From: Nitrospirales bacterium | GTDB taxonomy: Bacteria; Nitrospirota; Nitrospiria; Nitrospirales; UBA8639 | Assembly (NCBI GenBank): GCA_965223295.1 | Contig: CBDCWC010000003.1 | Span: 1,088,001 to 1,152,000 of the forward strand | Length of the DNA: 64,000 bases | Reading direction: 5' to 3' | In this document: in pieces, positions 1 to 9,928 of the stretch | How the letters are laid out: every line of letters starts with the position of its first letter | Numbering within the stretch: the first letter of the stretch is position 1 | The notes under the pieces: generated by a model | The model's database searches: none | Seen by the model: the letters and a program-made list of their open reading frames with translations, nothing else | What the model was told of the DNA's origin: nothing | Program-made: the position numbers and the translations under genes

Positions 1-4
1 CATT

Positions 5-1021
5 CTACGAATTGGGAAGGATATAGAAAAGGCAGTCGCTTTGTGCAATGTCTGGGTTGGTGGTGGCCATCATAATTCGGCTGGGATGAGCCAACCGTAG
101 TTCTCCATTGTGTGTCGAAAAAAGTGTAGAGGTATGATTTCCTCCTGTGGCATCCCTTGCCCACAAGGCTTCCAATCCGCATGACCCAATCCACCCCAAT
201 TGTTCTTGCTTGGGTAATGCTCCGAAATTCAATCGATCCACATCCGAAAGAAGAGTGAGATCAACTTCAGGAACTGGGGCAGAGGCATAGGTCATGGAGG
301 CACCTTTTTGCAGTTCCACCCGAATGGGGTGATGAGCCACCGTCACTGGTGAGGACAGATCAGAAAACTTTTTGGCCAATGCATACTGAGTGAAACCACG
401 GTAGGCCAGTTCATGGGCTTGTGGGTCCTGTGCGCCACCTACTTCAATGGTGACTGTCGGCCAAGCGGTTTCCGTGGCTTCCATCAAAGTGCCCAGTCGC
501 AAATCAGTGACGATGAGGTGGTCGCAAAAAACTCCTGCCAATGCTTCCTGCATAGCCCCATTCTTTGTCGTGACACCATAGGCAGGACTGCGGCCTGAGG
601 TATTGTGTATATCAATTAATGTTTCGGGTTGGATATGATGTAATTCTTCAAGCATGGCTTGGGCGATACTCCCCTCGGGACCCTCAAATGGAGCGCGAAA
701 ACACCGATTGAGGTCTCTTCCACCAAGTGCGCATCGATGTGAAAACTGAGGCGTGGTCAAGGCGGCACCGATGGATCCTATGAAACATAAGAGGTTCACC
801 TGTGGTTGGTGTCCTTCTCGAATCCAACGGTGTAGTGCTCGTACTCCGGAGGATTCATTGCCGTGTAATAAAGTGCTCACAGCTCTCGTGCGTGTGGAGT
901 CTAAACCTGGAAGCCAGAGAAAGGTGGGACCACCCAATTTTTGTAAAAATTCCTCAACAGTACATCCCACATCTTGTTGGGTGGGAGCGTCCCATCGAGG
1001 TATGAAGTCTGTGTTATTCAT
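5..1021 (-). CDS. Succinylglutamate desuccinylase/aspartoacylase (M14 zinc carboxypeptidase-like) family protein
   Basis: Motifs HGNE, DLNRCF and DIHNT, plus a TIEVG catalytic Glu region; its start overlaps the stop of the upstream ligase gene by 4 nt. Confidence 0.8.
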   Translation of the reverse strand: MNNTDFIPRWDAPTQQDVGCTVEEFLQKLGGPTFLWLPGLDSTRTRAVSTLLHGNESSGVRALHRWIREGHQPQVNLLCFIGSIGAALTTPQFSHRCALGGRDLNRCFRAPFEGPEGSIAQAMLEELHHIQPETLIDIHNTSGRSPAYGVTTKNGAMQEALAGVFCDHLIVTDLRLGTLMEATETAWPTVTIEVGGAQDPQAHELAYRGFTQYALAKKFSDLSSPVTVAHHPIRVELQKGASMTYASAPVPEVDLTLLSDVDRLNFGALPKQEQLGWIGSCGLEALWARDATGGNHTSTLFSTHNGELRLAHPSRIMMATTNPDIAQSDCLFYILPNS

Positions 1022-2511
1022 TCAGGGTGCTGGCTCCATTGTGAAATGGATGTGTCTGTCTGGGAATGTTGTAAATAGTCTTCAAGCATGCGAGTCAAGG
1101 CGATAGATCGATTATGGCCCTGTTGCTCGTAGAGAGTTAAACGCCCGATTTGCCAACGTGCGCCGTTAATTTGTGCCTCAAGGCGATCACGAATCACATT
1201 CAGCATGAATTGAATTTCTTCGCGCTTCACCCCAGCGTTTTCCAAACCTCGCTCAGCTATTGGCAATAATTCTACAGCTAAGTCATGCACCGAAACTTCA
1301 CGCAGACCATGTGAAGCGTGATTGGGCCACACGAACATGGTCTCCAATCCGCATTCGGCGGCACGATAGAAATTGCGATGAGCATATTCAAAAGGAAATT
1401 GTTGCAGAATCTGCTCGATGTCCTCACTCATACCCAAGGTGAGCCCAATCAGCAACGCGGCATTCGCGGCCATGTCGATGGGTGTAGGCCCCGAAGGTAA
1501 ACTTCGCAATTCAATCCGTAAATGTCCGTCAGCACTGGCATCATAAATCGCGCGATTCCAGTGCCACACAGTACCTTGGTGCAGACGCAACTCCTCGAGT
1601 TGGGGTAAACGCCCCTGGTGGAGACATTCCAGAGGGTCTTCCGTGCCAAGAACTGGTAACAAAGGTGGATGCAATCCCACTGCTTCGGCAAATAGTTCAA
1701 AGGCGCCTTGGCGAACCCACCCATGCCCAAATGAAACTCGAGCTGGCGCCTGCCAGCCCCCATCCTGCGTTTTGCGACTATCGATCGCCTGTTTAAACAA
1801 GGCCACGCGTGTCTCTTCCCAGAGCTGGTGCTGTAAAAAAATGGGACTATTGGCACTAAGCGCTAAGACAATGGGCGTGACCAGTTGAGCTGCATTATAA
1901 ACATGGACGAAATCCAGAGGGTTCACCCGCAGATGAATCTGAAATGACGTCGTGGCTCCTTCCAACGTGACATCTGAACATGTGACGATGAGGGGTTCTG
2001 GCCCATTAATATGTATATGAAAGGGGCCGTCTCGCAATCGACGCAGTCCTGCTGAGAGGGCTCGATAGCGCGGTAGGTCAGACATGACCTGAGAATCCAG
2101 CTCTTCAGCGCAAAGAGTGGGTAAAATGCCAATAGGTACAATGCGTCCCTCGTGTGTCGCTGCACATTTCGCGAGTGACTGGATCGCGTTGGTTAACTGT
2201 GTGCGAAGATGGGAAAAAGGCCGACCGGCCAACGAAACGGGGGACAAGTTATATTCGAGATTAAACCGATCTAATTCGAGTTGCAGATGATCGTCACGGG
2301 AGCAATTGAGGAGCGTGCGATTAATGGGATAGGCCTGTCCTTGACTATTGACAATGGAAAGTTCGAGTTCTGCACCGATAGTTTGTGGGCCTTCGCCAAA
2401 ATAGGGTTGCTCAAGGATTGTTTCGAGGGCCTGTAAGCTGTGGGTTAGCCGTTGCCCAAACCGGGAAAAATCCTCCTCGTTAAACTGGTCACGATCAATG
2501 GATAAACCCAT
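1018..2511 (-). CDS. Glutamate--cysteine ligase family 2 (GCS2-like) carboxylate-amine ligase
   Basis: Motifs IGAELEL, ELDRFNLEYN, SFQIHL, SANSP, WNRAIY and HLRIELR. Confidence 0.8.
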   Translation of the reverse strand: MGLSIDRDQFNEEDFSRFGQRLTHSLQALETILEQPYFGEGPQTIGAELELSIVNSQGQAYPINRTLLNCSRDDHLQLELDRFNLEYNLSPVSLAGRPFSHLRTQLTNAIQSLAKCAATHEGRIVPIGILPTLCAEELDSQVMSDLPRYRALSAGLRRLRDGPFHIHINGPEPLIVTCSDVTLEGATTSFQIHLRVNPLDFVHVYNAAQLVTPIVLALSANSPIFLQHQLWEETRVALFKQAIDSRKTQDGGWQAPARVSFGHGWVRQGAFELFAEAVGLHPPLLPVLGTEDPLECLHQGRLPQLEELRLHQGTVWHWNRAIYDASADGHLRIELRSLPSGPTPIDMAANAALLIGLTLGMSEDIEQILQQFPFEYAHRNFYRAAECGLETMFVWPNHASHGLREVSVHDLAVELLPIAERGLENAGVKREEIQFMLNVIRDRLEAQINGARWQIGRLTLYEQQGHNRSIALTRMLEDYLQHSQTDTSISQWSQHPE

Positions 2512-2721
2512 AAGCTTTCTACATACCTGAATTCTGTGGGTACGTAAATAGAGAAGAAAAAATGGGCGTGGGTGACCTCGATTTTCTCATAATCGGGGAA
2601 GGGGACAAGAAGACCGTTCCATTGAGAACGGTCTTCTTGTCTACTCTGGATTTTCCAAGCAATGAAGGGTCGATGATGAACGAAGGCCCTTTGCCCATAA
2701 CAGTCTATTAAGGTAGTTGAA

Positions 2722-3312
2722 TCATTGGCGTAGAGTATGCTCCTTTTCATGAGGTGGTATGGTGCTCATGGGTGTGCGAATACGGGTAGGTTTTTGGAGC
2801 TGTGAAAAACTGGAAGAGCTTCCCTTCCCGCGAAAACTCATGGGAGCCTCGTACGATGATGAATGTTGCTCCTGGCAATGCTTCAGGATTTCAATGAGGA
2901 AGAGCAATCCGCGCCAGTTTAACTGATGAATCAAGTGATATCGGACTACTCGCTGTGGATCAATGATAAAACTGTGGCAGCGGTCTAAGCGCAGATCTTT
3001 ATTCAAACCAAAAACTCGGTGCAAACGCTGTAGCGGATCGGCCAAGACCGGAATCCGAAGAATCTTAACCTTGGGTAGGCGAGTGTCTAGAAACGATTCT
3101 CCAAAAGGGAATAGGCCCAGCAGTTTCCCACCCTCGTTGTGAACGGTTCGATGGCATTGGTTCAAAAAAATTGCGTCCCCGAAATCAAAAGAGGGTAGGC
3201 CGCACACAATGGCCCATTGTCCCTCTAAGGTTGCCAGATCCAGCAACATTAGCTGGCCCTTAACAAAAGCCGGTATGCGTATTTGAGGTATAGTGGTATG
3301 CCCAATTTTCAT
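2722..3312 (-). CDS. AhpC/TSA peroxiredoxin-like protein, degenerate active site
   Basis: Start moved to MKIG (ATG 3312, GGAGG RBS upstream). LEGQWAIV, PVLADP and SFIIDPQRVVRY follow the AhpC pattern, but PxxxTxxC is missing. Confidence 0.6.
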   Translation of the reverse strand: MKIGHTTIPQIRIPAFVKGQLMLLDLATLEGQWAIVCGLPSFDFGDAIFLNQCHRTVHNEGGKLLGLFPFGESFLDTRLPKVKILRIPVLADPLQRLHRVFGLNKDLRLDRCHSFIIDPQRVVRYHLIHQLNWRGLLFLIEILKHCQEQHSSSYEAPMSFRGKGSSSSFSQLQKPTRIRTPMSTIPPHEKEHTLRQ

Positions 3313-3651
3313 GTGTGTGTCCTCCGTTATAGGTATCTGTTGATGCAAAAATTTGGAATGGGATGCCCAACACGAGAAAAAGGCACCCCACTCCATCGAG
3401 CGAGGAGAATCCTCGTTCGGGAAAGGTGGTACATAGCACTCTTGAAGTAGAACTTTCATGTCATCCGGGAATATGGTTGATGTTTTGGGAATCTTATTGG
3501 CTGCTAATAATGATTTTGAAACTCATTATTAATTGCAATTAAAATAGCACTAGTTTTTTGTAGAGTCAATATCTCAACAAACCATTCTTGGAAGTATGAC
3601 AACGCACCAGAGGCAAATTTGCCCATGATGACATAGGGCCCCAAACGCCTC

Positions 3652-3773
3652 GGGTCTGTTCAAAAAAGTCTATCCAGCAAGGCCGCAGCCAGTTTTGTGA
3701 GCGGAGCGTACTGTCTGTACGTGAGCACAGAAAAATGGCGAGAACGCCGCTGGTGGCTTTTTTCAACAGACCC
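3652..3773. repeat. MITE-like repeat family A, copy 1
   Basis: Imperfect terminal inverted repeats GGGTCTGTTCAAAAAAG / CTTTTTTCAACAGACCC; related to copies at 11998, 40160, 47919, 52339 and 56208. Confidence 0.8.
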
Positions 3774-3883
3774 TTCTTCTAAGTTGGTAAAAGATGCGGG
3801 AGAGGCAGGTGACCTAAAGCTCTAGGTGTCTTGCACTAAAAAAGTTCAATTTAGGAAATACTTGGTCATGCAATAAAGAGATT

Positions 3884-4300
3884 CTAGGTTTCATTTGGAT
3901 TTTCTGAATCCGTCACGACAAGAACGCCTCTCATGATGGGATGAAATGTGCAATGGTAGGAATACGAACCCGGAGGCAGCTGGTGAAGCATGAATGTTCC
4001 GTCGGGGCCCAATGGCCCAGAATCAAATACGCACCGAGGTCCATCCTTACAGTCGTCGTGGGTGATGGAGTGGAGTGCTGCTGTGGGATTTGTCCATGAA
4101 ACTGATGTATTCGAATTCACGTGGACAGATGTCGGAGAATAATATGGCGCGAAGGTCTTAATAGTAATACGCAAACCCGATGGAGAGGCTGATGCAAATG
4201 ATCCTAATACTCCTACAGCCAACCATGCTGTGAGTAAAACCACAAGCATGGCTATCGTCCAAGGCAAGGTTCCAAACACCCTTCTCCACGTCATGAACAC
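3884..4300 (-). CDS. Exported cupredoxin (plastocyanin/azurin-like) protein
   Basis: Signal peptide; type-1 copper ligands in HSIT and YHCTFHPIM. Confidence 0.85.
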   Translation of the reverse strand: MFMTWRRVFGTLPWTIAMLVVLLTAWLAVGVLGSFASASPSGLRITIKTFAPYYSPTSVHVNSNTSVSWTNPTAALHSITHDDCKDGPRCVFDSGPLGPDGTFMLHQLPPGSYSYHCTFHPIMRGVLVVTDSENPNET

Positions 4301-4574
4301 TTCACTCGCTCCTGTGTTTTGTCTTCGACAATCATTGATTAACAGTATCGCATATTTTTATGGACAAAACCTATCCGTCGTTCTAAGAACACTTCTTTAA
4401 GAGGATGGTGTTAACGAAGATGAGAAAAGAGACGAACATGAAATGGACGATGACAAAGGCGAGAGAAAAGGCGAAACGTCGACGTATACCTTACCTTCAG
4501 AACAACTTTTGAATAATCAGTGAATGAAGCTTCCTACGGCTGTTCTTTTTTGGCAATGACTCTCCTTTCGTCTT

Positions 4575-4976
4575 CTAATCTTGATGCAGATTTGCAATCA
4601 GATCCCGCAGAGACACCAGACCCACCACTACTCTGTTTTGCGTGACCAGAAGATGGCGCACTTGGCTGTCCTTCATCATGTCTAAGGCATCTTCAATGGG
4701 CCACGTTGCTTCAACCGTAATCATCGGGCTAGTCATGACCATATCAACGGTGGTATGTGCTAAGTCTCGTTCTTGAGCCACAGCTTGGCGAATGATATCG
4801 GTTTCAGTAATCAATCCAATAATTTTTTCCTCTTGATCCCGCATCAGTTCCCCATGACGAATGATCACTAACGATCCCACTTTCTTATCACGCATGTATT
4901 GTGATGCCGTGATGATATTCGCCTTAGCTTCAATCTTTTGTAACGAGGTTGTCATGGCGTTGGCTAATGTTTTCAT
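4575..4976 (-). CDS. CBS domain protein
   Basis: Tandem CBS repeats (VGSLVI..GLITETDI; VRHLLV..GLVSLRDL); GGAGG RBS. Confidence 0.85.
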   Translation of the reverse strand: MKTLANAMTTSLQKIEAKANIITASQYMRDKKVGSLVIIRHGELMRDQEEKIIGLITETDIIRQAVAQERDLAHTTVDMVMTSPMITVEATWPIEDALDMMKDSQVRHLLVTQNRVVVGLVSLRDLIANLHQD

Positions 4977-5180
4977 TGGTCCTCCCCCTTTTCACCACCT
5001 CAATAGTCTGTCCTGATGCCTGGCCTTTCGTCCTTTTGAATATTACTTTATCAAGGTTTTGGGCTAACGACAGTCCGCGAACCTGTCTGCCGCCAAATAG
5101 GCTCTTCGCATGAGTCTTTTTGATTACACAATTTAACTCAAACAGACAATTCTAAAGGTTATCACCTAGAAACCGACAAG

Positions 5181-6065
5181 ATGGGGGATATGACCCTTGT
5201 TTCAACCATGCCAGCTCAACAAGCAGAGAGTGCGGTTCTTCGTGATCGTCTCATCAACCAGTTAGAGATAGGCGACTTTGATCTTCCTTTGCTGCCAGTC
5301 GTGGCACACCAAGTGCTTCAACTTTCCGGTGACCCAAATGCGGACGTCAACAAATTGTCCAGCCTGATTCAGCAGGACCAAGCACTTGCGGGACAAATTT
5401 TGCGCATTGCGAATTCACCGGCCTATCTCCCGCGTTCTCCGATTGTTTCTTTGCAACAGGCCATAGCATGGTTAGGCATGAATATGTTGGCGGGTCTCGC
5501 GTTTTCTGTCTCTGTGCAAAGCGGAATTTTTACGGTTAAGGGCTATGAAAAAGAGATCCGTGGCTTATGGAGTCATGCATTAGCCACAGGGCTATATGGA
5601 AAAGAGATTGCGCGCCGCATTCGGCGTAATGTGGAAAACGCCTTTCTGTGTGGGTTACTCCATACGATTGGCAAGCCTGTTCTTCTCCATATGATCTTAA
5701 CGGCCTCATCGAAACAAGAAAGTCCCCACTCCTGGCCAGCACTGGAACCTATTATTCAAGACCTTCATATGTTGGCCGGCTCCAAATTAGCCGAATCCTG
5801 GAAATTGCCGGAACCAGTGCAAGAGGCCATTCGCCTGTATCCAGATGATGCCTATATGCAAGCCACCTCACCAACAAAAGGCGCCATGATAACCTGTTTG
5901 GCTGATCATCTGGCTTCGTTCGCCATTAGTCCCTCCTCAGAGGATGAAGATACCCTTCGCACCTTACCAGTAATTCAAGACTTGAATTTTTATCCAGATG
6001 ACATGGATGCTCTTTTCGAATTACGCAAAGGCATTCAAGAAAGTGTTGCCGCATTCCTGGTATGA
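5181..6065 (+). CDS. HDOD domain protein
   Basis: Motifs LPLLP, DQALAGQILRIANS, W.HA, GLLHTIGK and WKLP. Confidence 0.85.
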   Translation: MGDMTLVSTMPAQQAESAVLRDRLINQLEIGDFDLPLLPVVAHQVLQLSGDPNADVNKLSSLIQQDQALAGQILRIANSPAYLPRSPIVSLQQAIAWLGMNMLAGLAFSVSVQSGIFTVKGYEKEIRGLWSHALATGLYGKEIARRIRRNVENAFLCGLLHTIGKPVLLHMILTASSKQESPHSWPALEPIIQDLHMLAGSKLAESWKLPEPVQEAIRLYPDDAYMQATSPTKGAMITCLADHLASFAISPSSEDEDTLRTLPVIQDLNFYPDDMDALFELRKGIQESVAAFLV

Positions 6066-7459
6066 GTTCTTCTCCTTCATCCTACGACCTTATCGTGATT
6101 GGCAGTGGCCCAGCCGGTCAGAAAGCCGCCATTCAAGGAGCTAAGGCAGGCAAGCGTGTAGCCCTGATCGAACAAAACCGCGAAGTTGGTGGAGCATGCG
6201 TGTACCAAGGCACGATTCCGAGTAAGACCTTGCGGGAAAGCGCATTACAAATGGTGCAATTCCTTCAAGCCACCGATGTCTTCGAATTCCGCATGCGGGA
6301 TGATGTCAAAATCGCGACGCTTATGACCCGCCTAGATAAGGTGGTGCGTGCTCATGGCACATTCATGAATGAACAAGTTTCCCGAAACGGCATCCAGCGT
6401 TTTCATGGCCGAGCGCAGTTTCTTTCTGAGAAAGAAGTGCAAATCAAACAGATAGACGGTACGACGCCTATAATCTCCGCGCCTATGCTCGTCATTGCAA
6501 CAGGATCGCGTCCACGGGTACCCAATAACGTTCCCATCGATCACGAAAATGTTTTAGACAGCGATTCGATTCTATCCCTGGTTTATTTGCCGAAATCTTT
6601 AACCGTCCTGGGCGGAGGGGTCATTGCTAGTGAGTATGCGTCGATCTTTGCGCTGTTAGGTGTGCAAGTCACAATGGTGGATACGGCCGATCGGCCATTA
6701 AGATTTTTAGATCCTGAACTCACGGATCAATTTTGTCTGGCGTTTGAAAAAACCGGGGGCCGCTATCACGGAGAACAAAAAATTCAAGCCGCTGAATGGG
6801 ATGGATTTTCTAAAGTCCTCACGCGACTAGAAAATGGTGAGGTATTGGAAAGCGAAAAAATGTTGGTGGCCCTAGGACGGGTGGCCAATATTGAACATTT
6901 GGATATTCAAGCTGCTGGGCTTGCCCCCACTCCACGTGGCCTCATTCCGGTAAATGATCATTGCCAAACAATCGTGCCTCATATCTACGCCGTTGGTGAT
7001 GTGATCGGTCCGCCATCACTGGCCTCTTGTTCGATGGAACAAGGGCGACGGGCGGTCTGTCATGGATTAGGGCTGGAACCAGGCGATGCTCCAGAGCATA
7101 TTCCGATGGGAATTTACACAATACCTGAGATGTCTAGCGTTGGATTGAGTGAACAGGAAGCCATAGAAAAATTCGGTGGAGCGTTGGTGGGTCGCGCCCG
7201 GTTTCATGAAATCGCACGAGGCCAAATTTCAGGCATGACGAACGGTCTTCTAAAAATGGTGGCCGATCAAAAAGGAGAAAAGCTATTAGGCGTCCACATC
7301 GTCGGCGAAGGAGCGACCGAATTGGTTCATATCGGACAAATGGGGTTGCTTCATCATGTCGCTATCGATCGTTTCGTGGAAAATATCTTCAACTTCCCCA
7401 CCCTCGCCGAAGCCTACCGCATTGCCGCCCTCGACATCACCAAACAACGAAAAAAATAA
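6062..7459 (+). CDS. sthA: Soluble pyridine nucleotide (Si-specific NAD(P)+) transhydrogenase
   Basis: GSGPAG FAD motif; GGACVYQGTIPSKTLRE lacks the second redox Cys; C-terminal FNFPTLAEAY. Confidence 0.9.
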   Translation: MSSSPSSYDLIVIGSGPAGQKAAIQGAKAGKRVALIEQNREVGGACVYQGTIPSKTLRESALQMVQFLQATDVFEFRMRDDVKIATLMTRLDKVVRAHGTFMNEQVSRNGIQRFHGRAQFLSEKEVQIKQIDGTTPIISAPMLVIATGSRPRVPNNVPIDHENVLDSDSILSLVYLPKSLTVLGGGVIASEYASIFALLGVQVTMVDTADRPLRFLDPELTDQFCLAFEKTGGRYHGEQKIQAAEWDGFSKVLTRLENGEVLESEKMLVALGRVANIEHLDIQAAGLAPTPRGLIPVNDHCQTIVPHIYAVGDVIGPPSLASCSMEQGRRAVCHGLGLEPGDAPEHIPMGIYTIPEMSSVGLSEQEAIEKFGGALVGRARFHEIARGQISGMTNGLLKMVADQKGEKLLGVHIVGEGATELVHIGQMGLLHHVAIDRFVENIFNFPTLAEAYRIAALDITKQRKK

Positions 7460-7653
7460 ACCTTTCTTTAGCGTCACCCATTTTAAAATTTTCCTGGAAG
7501 GGGCTTATCCACCACAAAATGGGGGCTGGCTGTCAGTAAGGTTTGATTTTACTGTAGAGACAATATGAATTTATGGCGAATAGAAAAAGTGAGCCTTGGG
7601 TGAAGCAGCAAAAAATGACTCAGCTTCAATTGGTAGGAAGCAAGGAAGAAGAG

Positions 7654-8256
7654 TTAAAAACGATAGCTGAGTTCCAGAAAGTGAAAATCAACCCCGCGGT
7701 TATCCCTGCCATAAATCGTGGCATCAGAGAAATGCTGAAACCGCCAACCTAAGGTAAAGTTGGCTGGGAAATGATAACTGACCCCTCCATGACCAAGGAT
7801 TTGCACAGGGCCGCCAAAGTCTTGCTTCCCAAACGTTTCATCGCTGACAAATACGGCACCGGTTCCAATATCTAGGGTGAGATTCCAATCCCATTTAGTA
7901 AAAGCGAGATCTGGCCCCATGGTGGAAACAAATCCTTTATCTCCTGCAGCCCATATCATACCCGCAGAAGCATACCAGCGAAATCGAGCTTCCCATCCAT
8001 TTGGCCATTCCCAACTTCCAGGAAACCCAAGAATGCCGAAGACATCATATTGTTGGAAATCTTCTTTTTCCCCGGGAGGAATTCCTCCGGGATCTAAGTT
8101 AATGCCTCCTCGAATTCCCAATGAGATGACCTCGAATTTTTTATGTTCTTGACTGTGTCCTATCATGGGCGAAAAGAGGGTCAACCCAACTATTATGATC
8201 ATCAAGATGGGAAGCATTTGGCGGATAAAAGGAGATAATCTATTGAAGATACACAT
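7654..8256 (-). CDS. pagL: Lipid A 3-O-deacylase (PagL/acyloxyacyl hydrolase) family outer-membrane protein
   Basis: Catalytic RFQHFSDA (H-x-S) motif, NRGVD, and terminal SYRF beta-signal. Confidence 0.7.
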   Translation of the reverse strand: MCIFNRLSPFIRQMLPILMIIIVGLTLFSPMIGHSQEHKKFEVISLGIRGGINLDPGGIPPGEKEDFQQYDVFGILGFPGSWEWPNGWEARFRWYASAGMIWAAGDKGFVSTMGPDLAFTKWDWNLTLDIGTGAVFVSDETFGKQDFGGPVQILGHGGVSYHFPANFTLGWRFQHFSDATIYGRDNRGVDFHFLELSYRF

Positions 8257-8713
8257 TTGTTTTACCGTATGTGTGTGATGAAGTCGCCTTCTAGCTCCTA
8301 CCTTTCACGCATATTGATTGAACAGTTGACCAACTGCCATCAGCACAATCTAAGAATAAGAGGGGATTAAGCAAATAAGAAAAAGCGAGAAACAAATGAG
8401 GCAGAAATTTCTTTACAAGCTTGGGGTCGTCACTTTTTTTAAGCGCCAGGGATGCTCAACGTGAAATAATTAATAGCCTGCGAACATCATCAATTCATGA
8501 CATTGAATTACGGTACCATACATTTCATTTGACACAAGAGAACAGACCCAACGCTTTCGATCACGAAGGGCTCCGTGGCGAAATATGGGCTTTGATATCT
8601 TCATTGTTCAACACTCCTCAGATTGTTTTCTACGGTCCGAAGCCACTGAGAAACCAAAGGTTAGATGACGTGCAAGGAAAAGCGGTTACCAGAAAAACCC
8701 ACAAGGGGGTTCA

Positions 8714-9235
8714 CTATAATCCGGGTGCTGAAGCTTCATCTCGTCGTTCCTTTAAAGATTCCTCATAGGCCTTTTGGTCTTTGTCCATAGCTTGGCTTTG
8801 CTCAATTTCTAAAATCTCTAAGGGTGAGAGAAACTTTAATGCCGTGGCTCCCAAAATTTTCTGGTTGGCCGAGCCTTTCATTTGAATATGGAGTAACGCA
8901 TCAGCTCCCATCATTTGCGCTTTCTTAATCAGTTCAAAGTGAAGTTGATCCCAATTGACTTTCGATTTTTCTGAGGATTGCTGTATTTCAATTTCGTCCA
9001 TTGTTTCATAGGGAATTGTTGGCGCTTCTTCCAGAATCTCGACATGTTTGTCGGCATTGGGATTATCGCCACGGATAGACGTGTCATCCACCACAGTTTC
9101 TATCCTTGGAGCGCGGGCAGTCTCGACATCAAAGCTTTTAAGCCGCATGGCGGCCAATGCGGCTTCATGTTGATTGCTACTGTGTGACAGCCGTTCCAGT
9201 TTTTCAACACGATCTAGAGCTTCTTGAAGGCTCAT
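8714..9235 (-). CDS. Hypothetical protein (DUF2786-like N-terminus, YbjQ-like segment)
   Basis: Likely start MSLQEA at 9235. KLERLSHSSNQHEAALA resembles DUF2786; KKAQMMGADAL resembles YbjQ-type domains. Confidence 0.5.
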   Translation of the reverse strand: MSLQEALDRVEKLERLSHSSNQHEAALAAMRLKSFDVETARAPRIETVVDDTSIRGDNPNADKHVEILEEAPTIPYETMDEIEIQQSSEKSKVNWDQLHFELIKKAQMMGADALLHIQMKGSANQKILGATALKFLSPLEILEIEQSQAMDKDQKAYEESLKERRDEASAPGL

Positions 9236-9574
9236 TCTCGCCCCTTTTTTTCGAAGTGCATTCACTGGCATCCCTTGACTCCTGACAACAATACCTTGTG
9301 GATCTTGTACATCTACGCCTCCCTCCCCGCTTCCATATTGACGGAATAATTTGAGGGCCGACGGAATATCTACCTGCCTTAGAATCGGCTTGTCAATTGA
9401 TCTTTTGGTAATGTGCCAGCGTTTGTGACCCTTCAATCCTAACGTAGCCGGTGGTCGGTCATTAAAGATGAATTGTCTAGGGAACTGAGTGAGGTCTATA
9501 ATTACCGATGTTTTTTGGCATCCTAAGGGCTGCTGTATTTCATCTCTTTGTATTTCTTTACGGGAGGAATGGTC

Positions 9575-9922
9575 ATGAGCTTAGCGGATAATACCTGTGT
9601 GCCATGTCGCGGAGGGGTTCCTCCATTAGAACCCCCCAAAATACAAGAATTGCTGACTCAGTTGGAATCTGGATGGACACTCAATGATCTGGGGCATATT
9701 GAACGAACGTATGAGTTCCCCAATTTTGCTGATGCCTTGGCTTTTCTGAATCGAGTTGGGAATGTGGCAGAAATTGAAGGCCACCATCCCGACATGTATT
9801 TAGCCTGGGGGAAGTGTAAAGTGGAAATCTGGACACACAAAATTCAGGGGCTGACAGAAAGTGACTTTTTTCTTGCAGCGAAAGCTGATCGGGCTTTTGC
9901 CTTGCCTCCATTGAATTCCTAA
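9575..9922 (+). CDS. phhB: Pterin-4-alpha-carbinolamine dehydratase
   Basis: Motifs AEIEGHHPD, WTHKIQGLTESDF and an N-terminal CxxC; GGAGG RBS upstream. Confidence 0.9.
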   Translation: MSLADNTCVPCRGGVPPLEPPKIQELLTQLESGWTLNDLGHIERTYEFPNFADALAFLNRVGNVAEIEGHHPDMYLAWGKCKVEIWTHKIQGLTESDFFLAAKADRAFALPPLNS

Positions 9923-9928
9923 CCAATT

